NCBI GenBank assembly: GCA_045046875.1
Contig: JASFYY010000084.1
Location: 1 to 16,176 of the forward strand
Direction: 5' to 3'
Length of the DNA stretch: 16,176 nt
Source: Verrucomicrobiota bacterium
GTDB lineage: Bacteria; Verrucomicrobiota; Verrucomicrobiia; Verrucomicrobiales; DEV007
Every line of letters starts with the position of its first letter. The stretch's first letter is position 1. Positions 1 through 8,685 of this stretch are shown here, in pieces. The notes beneath the pieces are model-generated. The model searched no databases. It saw only the letters and a program-made list of their open reading frames with translations, and was not told the DNA's origin. Made by a program: the position numbers and the translations under genes.

Positions 1-4
1 TTTC

Positions 5-15
5 TCTTAAAGATC
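5..15 (-). promoter_or_regulatory. boxA-like antitermination motif (GATCTTTAAGA)
   Basis: Minus strand reads GATCTTTAAGA, similar to rrn boxA (TGCTCTTTAACA / GATCTTTGAAAA types). It lies about 85 nt downstream of a strong promoter. The downstream gene is outside the window. Confidence 0.4.
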
Positions 16-31
16 TCACTACCCGGGGACT

Positions 32-65
32 AAAAAGCCGATTACGATCAGTTCGCAATCGACTC
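32..65 (-). terminator. Terminator-like hairpin in the leader downstream of the 104-131 promoter
   Basis: Minus strand GAGTCGATTGCGA-ACTGA-TCGTAATCGGCTT forms a 13-bp stem (with G-U pairs) ending in a run of 5 T (36-32). It could instead be a structural leader hairpin. Confidence 0.4.
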
Positions 66-103
66 ACTGTCGCCTGAGCCCGACTTATTCCGGTCGGGAG
101 TCG

Positions 104-131
104 ATTATAAGCCCATATCCCCATCAGTCAA
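104..131 (-). promoter_or_regulatory. sigma70-type promoter (TTGACT-N16-TATAAT) with A-rich upstream region
   Basis: -35 TTGACT at 131-126, perfect -10 TATAAT at 109-104, 16-nt spacer. An A-rich UP-like tract lies upstream (~135-170) and a GC-rich discriminator-like CGACTCC follows the -10. Confidence 0.75.
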
Positions 132-213
132 ATGCTTTTGGCTCTTTTTCTCTTTCACTTTACTTTTGCAATCTTACCCCAATGGCTATCGCTCAGATTC
201 CTCACTCCCTTAC

Positions 214-252
214 AAAAAAATGCCCGCTCGATTAACTCTAGCGGACACTTTT
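214..252 (-). terminator. Rho-independent terminator of the beta-barrel gene
   Basis: Minus strand GTGTCCGCT-(11 nt loop)-AGCGGGCAT running into a 7-T tract, about 40 nt after the stop at 291. Confidence 0.8.
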
Positions 253-290
253 AGAAAAGGGTATTCACCCTTCTTGTTACCATTACTCAA

Positions 291-1247
291 CTAAAAAGTG
301 ATCGTCATATCAATTGTGATTCGATTCTCCATCAAGTTATCACCTGAATTGGTCAACGGCAGTTCATACGCCGCACCAAGTTGGATATTGTCCGCCAACT
401 TCAAGCGAAAACCTGCTGCTGCAGTCACGATATTACGGTTAACCCCCGCATTGGAAGCTCCCAAATTAATCAAATCCCCCCCTTCAAATTGAGCAACAGA
501 CGGAACCGCTCCTCCAACTTGATTGGCAAACCTGCTACCGCCATTACCCTCATTCAGCACACGGTACCAATTGACCTCTACCAAAGGAGCCAGCCACTCA
601 GTGAGCCAATAACTTGCGTGAGCACTAACAAACCCTGTCGTGGATTCCGCTCCCGTGTTAAAAGGGATGTGTGCGCCAATACCGCCTGCAAACTGCCAAC
701 GCCCCCAAAGCTTCACATCCGAAAGAATCAAATTGAGCGCTCCATCACCAGTTCCTTGAAACACGCCCGTATTACCCGTTGGCACCTCGACAACAGCTGA
801 AACACTCATTACATGCTGGATTTCGGGTTGATACAGCACCGCGTATTTCAGTCCTGCTGCCAAGTTAGCCCAGCCGTCATCAACCGTGAGCGTGCTGTCA
901 GGATTAAAATCGATGTAGCCATCTTTGGTCGCGACAAACGACAGGCGCTTATTAAAAGCATATTCCAACTGCAGAGCATACAGCTGAAAATCCCCACCTA
1001 CCGGCAAATCCCCAAGCGCCGTACTGATCTTGTTTGGCAAAGATTGGGACATGAAAATCGGATGAATCGTAGTCCTCGGTAGAGCTAGATCAAACAAAGT
1101 CGGATTGCTGATCGGCCTCAGCACATTGGCAAAAGGGTCAGCAGGTTCAATCACATCTTTTGCAATCGGACCCGCCTGGGCTTGCCCGACAAGGAGGAAA
1201 CTGATTGCCAGACTAGCTGACATTTGAAATAGAGCGTTTTTTTTCAT
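291..1247 (-). CDS. Secreted outer-membrane beta-barrel protein, probably Phenol_MetA_deg/SphA-like transporter family (318 aa)
   Basis: Sec signal peptide ending AQA, alternating amphipathic strands (LQLEYAF, LAAGLKYA, VEVPTG, LGAAYELPL), C-terminal Phe beta-signal (IDMTITF), and an N-terminal PISNPTLFD motif like those of PVC homologues. Confidence 0.7.
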   Translation of the reverse strand: MKKNALFQMSASLAISFLLVGQAQAGPIAKDVIEPADPFANVLRPISNPTLFDLALPRTTIHPIFMSQSLPNKISTALGDLPVGGDFQLYALQLEYAFNKRLSFVATKDGYIDFNPDSTLTVDDGWANLAAGLKYAVLYQPEIQHVMSVSAVVEVPTGNTGVFQGTGDGALNLILSDVKLWGRWQFAGGIGAHIPFNTGAESTTGFVSAHASYWLTEWLAPLVEVNWYRVLNEGNGGSRFANQVGGAVPSVAQFEGGDLINLGASNAGVNRNIVTAAAGFRLKLADNIQLGAAYELPLTNSGDNLMENRITIDMTITF

Positions 1248-1291
1248 TCTGGTATTCTTTGCTTTTATTTAATTGAGCCGAGTTCAAGCGC

Positions 1292-1308
1292 TTCACCCGC
1301 ATTGCCAA
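1292..1308 (-). promoter_or_regulatory. Possible sigma54 (-24/-12) promoter
   Basis: TTGGCAATGCGGGTGAA has a good -24 element (TTGGCA) with correct spacing but a deviant -12 (GTGA instead of TTGC). It lies 45 nt upstream of the ATG at 1247. Confidence 0.3.
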
Positions 1309-1401
1309 TAAAAAAGTGCAACAACTCGAGTGACTGACAGCTCTTGCCCAACAAAAACTAAACCTTTCCTTACCCAGCACCACGCATTTAATACCTTAAA
1401 C

Positions 1402-1418
1402 TGCACATATTTTGCGCT
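1402..1418. promoter_or_regulatory. Possible NtrC-like enhancer binding site
   Basis: TGCACATATTTTGCGCT matches a GCAC-N7-G(T/C)GC dyad with an AT-rich centre, about 100 bp upstream of the putative sigma54 site. Confidence 0.25.
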
Positions 1419-1441
1419 ACCTCTGGCTACACTCTGAAACA

Positions 1442-2437
1442 CTAATCCTGTGCAGCCTCTACCGTCTCGTAGATCCGCGCGATTTCCAACAACAGCTTTT
1501 CAAGCGCCTCGTAATAAGGCTCCTCATCCATTTCGCCCTTTTGCCGTCGCAAAGCCTTCACCTTGAGCTCTAGGGCATCTCGTTTACGTCGCAAGTCTTC
1601 CGGCATCAGCGCCTCCAAGGGATTCGGCACCAGATGAATCTGATGCGCCCGTTCTCCATCAGGGTTCTCCCGCGCCTTCTTATCTTTCGAACGAGCAGCC
1701 AATACACCGACAAAACCCTCCATCCTCACCGCTTGCTGATCACCATTATCATCCAGCAAAGCGTGCTCCGTAGCAATGCGCCCTTCTTTCTCATAAAACG
1801 CTTTCACCTCATGCCCCGCATATAAAAAAGCTTCCAGCAAAGAGACCTGTTCATCATTATCCAAATCCGCCGCCTCCAAGCCCCCAATAGCACTGGCAAA
1901 ATATCCGCCAAAACGAGGATAGAAAATTTCATGAGCACTCTTGGTCGCCGTGATCACCACCCGATCCTTTCCCGACAGCGCCTTTATAAACGGAGCGCTC
2001 GAAGATGCCGTATTCACCACCACCAACTCCCCTTTGTAAGTTTGCAACCACTGCGCCAAATCCTTTTCGGTAAAATCCGCCCCCCGCACATTGAACTTCG
2101 TTTCACGACCATCAAAGGTGCCGTGACCGATCAATACCAACCACAAGCTCGAAGATCCTCGTTCTATTTCACTCGCCAGCACCTGCTTTAATCGCTGTCG
2201 ATCACCCTTTCCATCCGCAGCTTGATCCCCCCCCACTTCAACCAAACGAACCCCGGCATCCTCGCAAGCCTGCCTCCAGCTCTTTGCCAGCTTAACAAAC
2301 TCCTGCTCATACTGTTCCGCCCCCGCCGCACCCACCACCGTCACCACCGTCATATCGCGCTCAACAGCTTCTACCCGCACTGAGCCCGACCATAAAAATA
2401 AGGCCAACACGCTGGCAAAACAGCTTTTCATCATCAT
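1442..2437 (-). CDS. Secreted caspase/legumain (C13/C14-like) fold protein with C-terminal helical hairpin; catalytic Cys position occupied by Ser (331 aa)
   Basis: Start placed at ATG 2437 (MMMKSCF, signal peptide), just after the upstream TGA and a GGGGGTGA SD-like sequence. Motifs LWLVLIGHG, LVVVNTASSS, RVVITAT and ADLDNDEQVSLLEAF follow the caspase-hemoglobinase fold order. Confidence 0.75.
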   Translation of the reverse strand: MMMKSCFASVLALFLWSGSVRVEAVERDMTVVTVVGAAGAEQYEQEFVKLAKSWRQACEDAGVRLVEVGGDQAADGKGDRQRLKQVLASEIERGSSSLWLVLIGHGTFDGRETKFNVRGADFTEKDLAQWLQTYKGELVVVNTASSSAPFIKALSGKDRVVITATKSAHEIFYPRFGGYFASAIGGLEAADLDNDEQVSLLEAFLYAGHEVKAFYEKEGRIATEHALLDDNGDQQAVRMEGFVGVLAARSKDKKARENPDGERAHQIHLVPNPLEALMPEDLRRKRDALELKVKALRRQKGEMDEEPYYEALEKLLLEIARIYETVEAAQD

Positions 2438-2439
2438 TT

Positions 2440-4821
2440 TCAAATCACCCCCTTCCACCTTCTAAGCGCCCACTCCCCCAGAAGCAATAACAACGCAGCC
2501 ATGAAAAACCACGGGGCATGCCACAGCGGCCGGGACCAAGTCTCCGTCACGGGCGTCTGCATCAGCGGCAGCTCATCCTTCACAAAAGCCATCACCTCGT
2601 CCAACTCCAAAACCCTGCCCCCAGTGGCAGCGGCCAGACGCTCCAGAACCGCACGATCCGGAGACAATCGGGACAACTCATCCGCATTGGAATTTCTCAC
2701 CCAGGCCACTTCACGCTCACCCAAGCTCTCACCCCGCTTGCCATTCACCCTCAGCTTGGCCCGATACGCGCCTTGTTCACGTGGATAAAAATTCGCCGCA
2801 AAATACCCCTCCTGCTCCAAGTCCACTTCAGCAAACAGCTCTGCCACTTTTTCCTCACCCTGCCGCCCATGACTCACCTCGATTTTCACCGCCACCTCCG
2901 TATCACCTCGAAAAGCCTTGTCCCGCACCTGCACTGAGAAATCAACTCCTCCACCCTCTTCAACCGACTTTTGCCGCTGACTGAACTCGATCAAGTCCGG
3001 CGTATCCACCACCAACCAGCGCAACAACTGACGCCAGGATTTTTCCATATCCTCACGCAAGTCCGGATCCTTCATTCCCCAACGCCACACATCGGCCAAC
3101 AAATACGCCGCCGTCCGCCCCAGTCCATAACGCTGCGTCACCAATGCAGGGTAACGCCTTTCCTCATCATCAGATAATACCGCTAACAAACTCGCCCCCG
3201 GTTTGATTGCCGACACCCGATTGGCCGCATGGAAAGCCGGCATGAAAGCCAGTCGGGCATCCTCTTGCTCTTGCTGCTTACGCAAGCGCATCCATGGCTC
3301 CAACCAACCTTCCCGAGTCAAACTGAAACGGGCATCCTTCAGCGCCTTACCCCCTTCTCCCACATCCAATCGATCCAGATAAACCGGTAGCATCTGCCCA
3401 ATCGGCGTTTTAGTATATGCCCCCTCACGAAAAGATTCCGCTCCACCCAACATCAACAAAGCCCCTCCTCGGTTCGACACAAAACGCTCCACTAAGTTCA
3501 TCTGCTCCTGAGTGAAAAAATCCGCCTCCACATCATCCAGGATAATTGCCCGGTATTCGCCCATCAAAGCTTCGTCCGTTTTGGGAAAACCTTCGCGCAA
3601 TTCATCTTCATCCCTGGTGTTCAGTCTCACCAACACCGGTTGATCATAACGCCGCGACTCTTCCGGCACATCACTGTTAAAACCTCGAAACAGTGGGTTC
3701 GACGTTTCCCCCGTCCTCCCACGCCACTCAAACTTCGGCTCTCTGCGCGCCGCACGCACCAAGCCTACCAAATCAATCTCCGCATCACGGATCACCGCAC
3801 GCCGCATAAACTTGTAATCCCAGTTCGGCCGACCACTGACATAAAGAATCCGGTAAGGGCCACGCTTCCGGTCCACCGCCACCAAGCGCACATTGTTCCC
3901 CAAAGTCGCTTCCTTATGCGCAGTTTTATCTTTATTTCCCTCCACCAGCGACAGCTCGACCGAATAAAAAGAAATGCCCGCCTTGGAAGTCGGCACCTGC
4001 AAGCGAATCTGCTCCTGCCCCTTCGCACCTAAACGTCTTAACTCGGTCACCACCTTCTTACCCTCGCCGTCCGTCACCACCACCTTCACCTGCTCACCCT
4101 CCAAGCCCTGGGCTGACACCCCGGCAGTCAAAGTCACCGGTGCATCCTCGAAAGTCGACTGCTTCACCTCCACCGACCGCAATGACAAATCGCGCAAAGT
4201 TTCGCCACTCTTGATGATAACCGGAAACACCGGAGCGCCACCCCACCGTTTTTCAAAAGCTTGCAGCAACTCCCCGTCCGCCACGTTACCATCGCTGAAC
4301 ACCAACATTCCCGCCAACGCCCGCCCTTCAAAACGATCCTGCAAACCATCGAGCGCAGAGATCAATTTTCCCTCCGTACTGGAGAAATCAAGATGTTCAA
4401 AATCCCCAACACGCTTTAACACCCGATCCAACTGATAGGTGCGCAAGCGGAAGTTACTGGCAACCTGACGTAAAAATTCGCTACCCCCGCCCCCTTCTCC
4501 TACTTTCAGTAAAGACTCCAAGCCCAAGCCCACCTTGACGCCTTTTCTATTTTCCACCGCATAACGTTTACTATTATCAGCCAGCACCACAAAATCATTC
4601 GCCCCCTTTTTGGGCGACGTGCCACTCCACATTGGCTCCATCAAACACAAAGCCAACAACAACAAAACGCTCAATTTTAACAGCATCGCCAACCACCGGG
4701 GCCAGCCAGACACAGGGTAATGCCGATAGCTTTGCCACAATAAAATCACCGAAAACAGAACAAAGGCTGCTGCCAGCCATGCTCCCTCCTCTGCGGCAAA
4801 ATAGATCGAATCCGCCATCAT
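2440..4821 (-). CDS. Membrane-anchored VWA-like / Ig-like / class I glutamine amidotransferase-like domain protein (793 aa)
   Basis: Two N-terminal TM helices, degenerate VWA (VVLADNSKR...FSDG), RILYVSGRPNWDYKFMRR, GATase-like core (AIILDDV, FVSNRGGALLMLGG, YGLGRT) and a C-terminal TM (WFFMAALLLLLGEWALRR). The start overlaps the upstream stop (ATGA, 4818-4821). Confidence 0.85.
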   Translation of the reverse strand: MMADSIYFAAEEGAWLAAAFVLFSVILLWQSYRHYPVSGWPRWLAMLLKLSVLLLLALCLMEPMWSGTSPKKGANDFVVLADNSKRYAVENRKGVKVGLGLESLLKVGEGGGGSEFLRQVASNFRLRTYQLDRVLKRVGDFEHLDFSSTEGKLISALDGLQDRFEGRALAGMLVFSDGNVADGELLQAFEKRWGGAPVFPVIIKSGETLRDLSLRSVEVKQSTFEDAPVTLTAGVSAQGLEGEQVKVVVTDGEGKKVVTELRRLGAKGQEQIRLQVPTSKAGISFYSVELSLVEGNKDKTAHKEATLGNNVRLVAVDRKRGPYRILYVSGRPNWDYKFMRRAVIRDAEIDLVGLVRAARREPKFEWRGRTGETSNPLFRGFNSDVPEESRRYDQPVLVRLNTRDEDELREGFPKTDEALMGEYRAIILDDVEADFFTQEQMNLVERFVSNRGGALLMLGGAESFREGAYTKTPIGQMLPVYLDRLDVGEGGKALKDARFSLTREGWLEPWMRLRKQQEQEDARLAFMPAFHAANRVSAIKPGASLLAVLSDDEERRYPALVTQRYGLGRTAAYLLADVWRWGMKDPDLREDMEKSWRQLLRWLVVDTPDLIEFSQRQKSVEEGGGVDFSVQVRDKAFRGDTEVAVKIEVSHGRQGEEKVAELFAEVDLEQEGYFAANFYPREQGAYRAKLRVNGKRGESLGEREVAWVRNSNADELSRLSPDRAVLERLAAATGGRVLELDEVMAFVKDELPLMQTPVTETWSRPLWHAPWFFMAALLLLLGEWALRRWKGVI

Positions 4822-7800
4822 CGCCCGGCACCGAGTTGCTGATAATATTTCTTCACTAAAGCCCGGTATTCCGGCGGCACCGGATCTCGATCAATCGGTG
4901 CCAGCGGATTTTTCTTATCCATTCTTGATAAATGTTCACTCACCCGATCCCGAAGCTCCACCAGGGGAGCGATGATTTTTTGATCAATCGCATGGGCTTG
5001 CGGAGAAAGATTGTTGCGCCGGTGATCAATCCGCATCGCGCGGGCATTATCCAAGACCTTGGCCACTTCGTTGCGCAATTTCGGATCATCAAGCGCCTCC
5101 TCCACATCACGCAAACGATCCGTCCACTTCTCATAATCTTTACCCATCAGAGGCCCTCCAGCAGCTTCCTCTTCAGCACCTTCGAAAAACAAAGGCGCAG
5201 CCCCTTGTGAGCCGGAGCTCTGACCCTGCCCTGACCGAGCCGCCTTGTTCGATCCGTCCGACCTGTCGGGCGATTCCGAACGGGCCAGTCCAGCCTTGCC
5301 CTTACCCGCCCCAACCTGACTTTTACCTTCACCCTCTTTGCCCTGCTCTGCTTTAGCTCCACTTTGCCCGGCCATCCTGCCCTCACCCTTTCCGCTGGTT
5401 GGAGATTGCCCACCTTTACCCTCTTTGCCTCCCTCCTGTTTTTTCGCTTCACCGCCCTCGCCCTTTGCTTGCGCCACACCTTCTTTGCCTTCTTTGCCTT
5501 CTTTGCCTTCTTTGCCTTCTTTGCCTTCTTTGCCTCCCTGCGCCTTCCTAGTCAGCCTTGCCTGCCCTTGCTCACCACTGGTTTTCGCCCCACTCTCCTC
5601 GGTTTTCCCCTCACCCTTTTTCCCACCCGCGCCATTCATAGCCAGCTCCATCTTCTCTCCCTTTGCGCTTTTTTTATCTCCTTCCCCTGACATCTTATTT
5701 TTTTCCTGCTCCACCTGGCGCAACAAATCATCCAGTTCCGCACGCGCCATCCTCAGTGCATCCCCTTCATTGCCCAAAACCTTACCCGCCGCTTTTTCCA
5801 CATTCTTCTTCAATTCCGCAATCCCACGCGCCGCACGCCCTTCCGCTTCCTGCGCCAAATCACTCCTACCCAACCTCCCCAAATCACGAGCCTCCTCCAA
5901 AGCTCCGTCCACGCCCTGCATCTGCGCCTTGCGCACGCCCTCATACAAAGCCGTCGATAACAACGCTTCCGAACCTTCAGCCGCTTCGCTCATCTTGCGC
6001 ATTTTATCCAGCAAATCCGCCAAGGCCTTACGCTGCGCATCCAAATCCCTCCCAATTTCCAGATTCTTCAACAACGACTCCTGATTCCCAAACGGATCCT
6101 GGTTGTCAGCCGCTTCCATCCCGGATTTCTCCAATTCCGCCCCAATCTCCTGCTGCGCTTTAGCCAGATCACGCGCCTGATTACGAATTCCCCGCATTTC
6201 CTCACTGAAGCGCCGCGAAGTCTTCTGACGAAAATCTTCCTTCACCTTGTCCAAATCCCGCTGAGCCCGGGTCGCCGCATTAGCCGCATCCGCCAGCTCT
6301 CCCTTTTTCAACTTTTCCGCCGCCTCCCGCACCTTCTCACGAGTCTGCTCCAACTTCTTTTTCTCCTCCGCCATATTCGCGCGGTTCTCCGGCTTCTCCA
6401 TCCGCTCCGTCACATCATCCAAATCACGCAGTAACTGCTGCTGTTGTTCCTGCAAACGCTTCAACTGCTTTTTCAGCTCATCTTTCTCAGCATCAGAGTC
6501 GGCCTTCGCCAAAGCGTTTTCCAATTCCTTGATCTTCTTGGCCAAAGCCTCCTGCCGCCGCGCCAGTTCCTTCAATCGGTTCAATACCGCCAGATTCTCT
6601 TTCTGCTCTGCCGTTTTAGCAGGTTGATCCTTGGCCTCACTGGCTTTTTCATAACGCTTTTCCTGCTGCTTCAACTCCAGCTGCATCAACTGCGACTCCA
6701 TCTTCTTTTTACCGCCGCCACCCGGCTTGGGGCTCTGCGCCCGGGTCACCTGATGCTCACGCCCCTGGGCCAGCAACAAATCCTCATACGCCCTGCGGCT
6801 GGTCTTCATTGGCTTCGCCAGCCCCCCACTCTTTTGCGACTGCAACACCCCGTCCAACTCCATCACCGCCTGCAGTATCTTACTCTTTGCACTCTCCAGA
6901 TAAGTGCGGACCTGCGCATCCTTGATCTTCTCCAGCACCGCATCCACCTTCTCCGCCACGATCTGCTGGGAATCCTTCACCACCGTCACATCAATCTCCA
7001 GCTCGCCAAACTCTTCCCCCGCTCCCGCGCGCCGCATCACCTTCCACGTCGCATTGATCACTTTTTTCTGCAAATCCACCAACTTGTCCGACTCACCCTG
7101 CTTCGGCGGCCCCTTGGAACTCATCGCCTCCGCCTCGCGGAAAATATCTTCAAAATGCCTGACCTCGGCAAAAAACATATCGCTCATCACCCGCCGCACC
7201 TGCCCCTTGGCATCACGATCCTCTGCCCATAGATAATAAGAAATCAAATCCCGTGGTTTCACTCCCAGTTCTTCGATCGCCAGCAAAGTTCTGAGCGGAT
7301 GTTTTTTGCCACCCGCCAACACCTGTTGCGACAACGACACCTCCTTCTCCTCATCCCCGACAACAAACACCGCCCCCGTCGCAGTCACCCCCAGGTCATC
7401 CCATACCTGTGCCTCCACCGGCATCTCCTGCACCGGCGATACCGCCAAGTCCCGTTTGGGGAAAACCAAATCCAGCCGAGGCGGTTCATTTTTTTTCAAG
7501 TTCACCTTCAACCAAGGCGGCTGCTTGTTCGCCCGATCATCCGCATCCACCAGATGCACCCGATAACGCTGGCTTTTTGTCGGCACAAAAGCCGCTTCGA
7601 GAATCGTCTCATCCGCCTCACTCGGCAGTAAAGGAATCACACTCTCATCTTCTCCATACAATTCCGCTGCTACCACCGCTTTATTAACCTTCAAGCTGAA
7701 CTGCAATTGCGAGCCCTGCAAAGCACTCACTTTCCTTACATCTTTAAGCTGCTTTTTTTTCAAACCGGCATATTCCGGCGGCATGATCCATACATCCGCC

Positions 7801-8660
7801 CGCTGCAGTTCCGGATGCACGTAGGTCGTGATCTTATAATCCTCCGACCGCTCATCATCGAACTCAAGCCGGTAACGCACATCCCGATCAATGCGACGAA
7901 TCAATCCCGAAAACATACCGTCCTGCAAACCCTGCTTCATCTCGACCCTTACCAGCTCCTGCCCCTTGCCTACCGGATCCATCACCACGATCTTCACAGC
8001 TGACGGAATCCTGCCATCAAACTGCGCCTCCACAATCAGCCGCTGTCCACGTTCCACTTCCGCATCCCCCGGTGTCACCGCCAGTTGATAAGCCGCCAGG
8101 GTCACCTCTTCTCCAGCCTCCTCCAACACCGTTTTCTCATCCAATCCACTGAGATAAAACCCCAGGCCCATCAACATGATCACTACATTAAAAATCGCAA
8201 AACCCTGCACCCAGGCCGCCACCAGCAACTGCGGTCGATAAACCGTATTCAGCCAATCATGCTCCAGTGCGTGATCCACCGCCTCCTCAACCACCCGCTC
8301 TTGTAAAAATCCCAATTTACCATCCGCCCCGGGCTGTTGCTCCACCGCCGTCAGCAACACCTGCTGCAAATCGGGAAACTCCCCCTCAATCCGGTTTGCC
8401 AGTTTTTTCAAATCTAGAACCTGCCGCTTTTTCCAACTAATCCCCCCCCATACCACTATAAACCCAGCCAATACCAAAAAGACAATCATCCCAGCCGCTC
8501 CCCCCTGCCGCTGCACTGCCAGCCAAGCCAATACCACCAACACCCCTGCACCCGACAACATCACCGCCGATACCAACCAGCGACGAAAGATTAAATCCTC
8601 CGCTTCTTTCAGCGGCTGCAATTTCCTCTGCAGACTATCTCCGATCATAAAATCAAGCAT
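4818..8660 (-). CDS. DUF4175-like membrane protein: ~3 TM, Ig-like domains, long coiled coil, G/K/E-rich disordered linker (1280 aa)
   Basis: Long ORF with N-terminal hydrophobic segments, beta-rich repeats (PPEYAG, NEPPRL, AQVWDDLGV), several hundred residues of helical heptad-rich sequence, and a C-terminal DRDPVPPEYRALVKKYYQQL motif typical of this family in MoxR clusters. Confidence 0.8.
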   Translation of the reverse strand: MLDFMIGDSLQRKLQPLKEAEDLIFRRWLVSAVMLSGAGVLVVLAWLAVQRQGGAAGMIVFLVLAGFIVVWGGISWKKRQVLDLKKLANRIEGEFPDLQQVLLTAVEQQPGADGKLGFLQERVVEEAVDHALEHDWLNTVYRPQLLVAAWVQGFAIFNVVIMLMGLGFYLSGLDEKTVLEEAGEEVTLAAYQLAVTPGDAEVERGQRLIVEAQFDGRIPSAVKIVVMDPVGKGQELVRVEMKQGLQDGMFSGLIRRIDRDVRYRLEFDDERSEDYKITTYVHPELQRADVWIMPPEYAGLKKKQLKDVRKVSALQGSQLQFSLKVNKAVVAAELYGEDESVIPLLPSEADETILEAAFVPTKSQRYRVHLVDADDRANKQPPWLKVNLKKNEPPRLDLVFPKRDLAVSPVQEMPVEAQVWDDLGVTATGAVFVVGDEEKEVSLSQQVLAGGKKHPLRTLLAIEELGVKPRDLISYYLWAEDRDAKGQVRRVMSDMFFAEVRHFEDIFREAEAMSSKGPPKQGESDKLVDLQKKVINATWKVMRRAGAGEEFGELEIDVTVVKDSQQIVAEKVDAVLEKIKDAQVRTYLESAKSKILQAVMELDGVLQSQKSGGLAKPMKTSRRAYEDLLLAQGREHQVTRAQSPKPGGGGKKKMESQLMQLELKQQEKRYEKASEAKDQPAKTAEQKENLAVLNRLKELARRQEALAKKIKELENALAKADSDAEKDELKKQLKRLQEQQQQLLRDLDDVTERMEKPENRANMAEEKKKLEQTREKVREAAEKLKKGELADAANAATRAQRDLDKVKEDFRQKTSRRFSEEMRGIRNQARDLAKAQQEIGAELEKSGMEAADNQDPFGNQESLLKNLEIGRDLDAQRKALADLLDKMRKMSEAAEGSEALLSTALYEGVRKAQMQGVDGALEEARDLGRLGRSDLAQEAEGRAARGIAELKKNVEKAAGKVLGNEGDALRMARAELDDLLRQVEQEKNKMSGEGDKKSAKGEKMELAMNGAGGKKGEGKTEESGAKTSGEQGQARLTRKAQGGKEGKEGKEGKEGKEGKEGVAQAKGEGGEAKKQEGGKEGKGGQSPTSGKGEGRMAGQSGAKAEQGKEGEGKSQVGAGKGKAGLARSESPDRSDGSNKAARSGQGQSSGSQGAAPLFFEGAEEEAAGGPLMGKDYEKWTDRLRDVEEALDDPKLRNEVAKVLDNARAMRIDHRRNNLSPQAHAIDQKIIAPLVELRDRVSEHLSRMDKKNPLAPIDRDPVPPEYRALVKKYYQQLGAGR
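5479..5535. repeat. In-frame 9-bp tandem repeat (CCTTCTTTG)x6, encoding (GKE)x6
   Basis: Six perfect copies at 5479-5532 plus a partial CCT, read directly from the sequence. Confidence 0.97.
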
Positions 8661-8685
8661 AACACAAATTTTCCAATCCTACAGC

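Noticed and set aside
32..106. Assignment of the left-edge structure to a known riboswitch (SAH, ZTP, NiCo, glutamine, guanidine, fluoride)
   Set aside because: The conserved cores I recall for those classes are absent, and the would-be 5' P1 strand overlaps the -10 box, so it is probably not transcribed.
2438..2458. GTG start at 2458 for the caspase-like gene
   Set aside because: It adds an acidic MEGGDLK leader overlapping the upstream gene. ATG 2437 has an SD-like sequence and gives a normal signal peptide.
5479..5535. Phase-variation switch or collagen domain at the GKE repeat
   Set aside because: The 9-bp unit keeps the reading frame, so there is no on/off switching, and six triplets are too few to call a collagen domain.
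5338..7631. Long plus-strand ORFs (5338-6084, 5663-6163, 6444-7232 and others)
   Set aside because: Antisense shadows of the 1280 aa gene. Their low-complexity S/P/L/F content mirrors the K/E/G/Q-rich sense protein, and they show no recognisable motifs.
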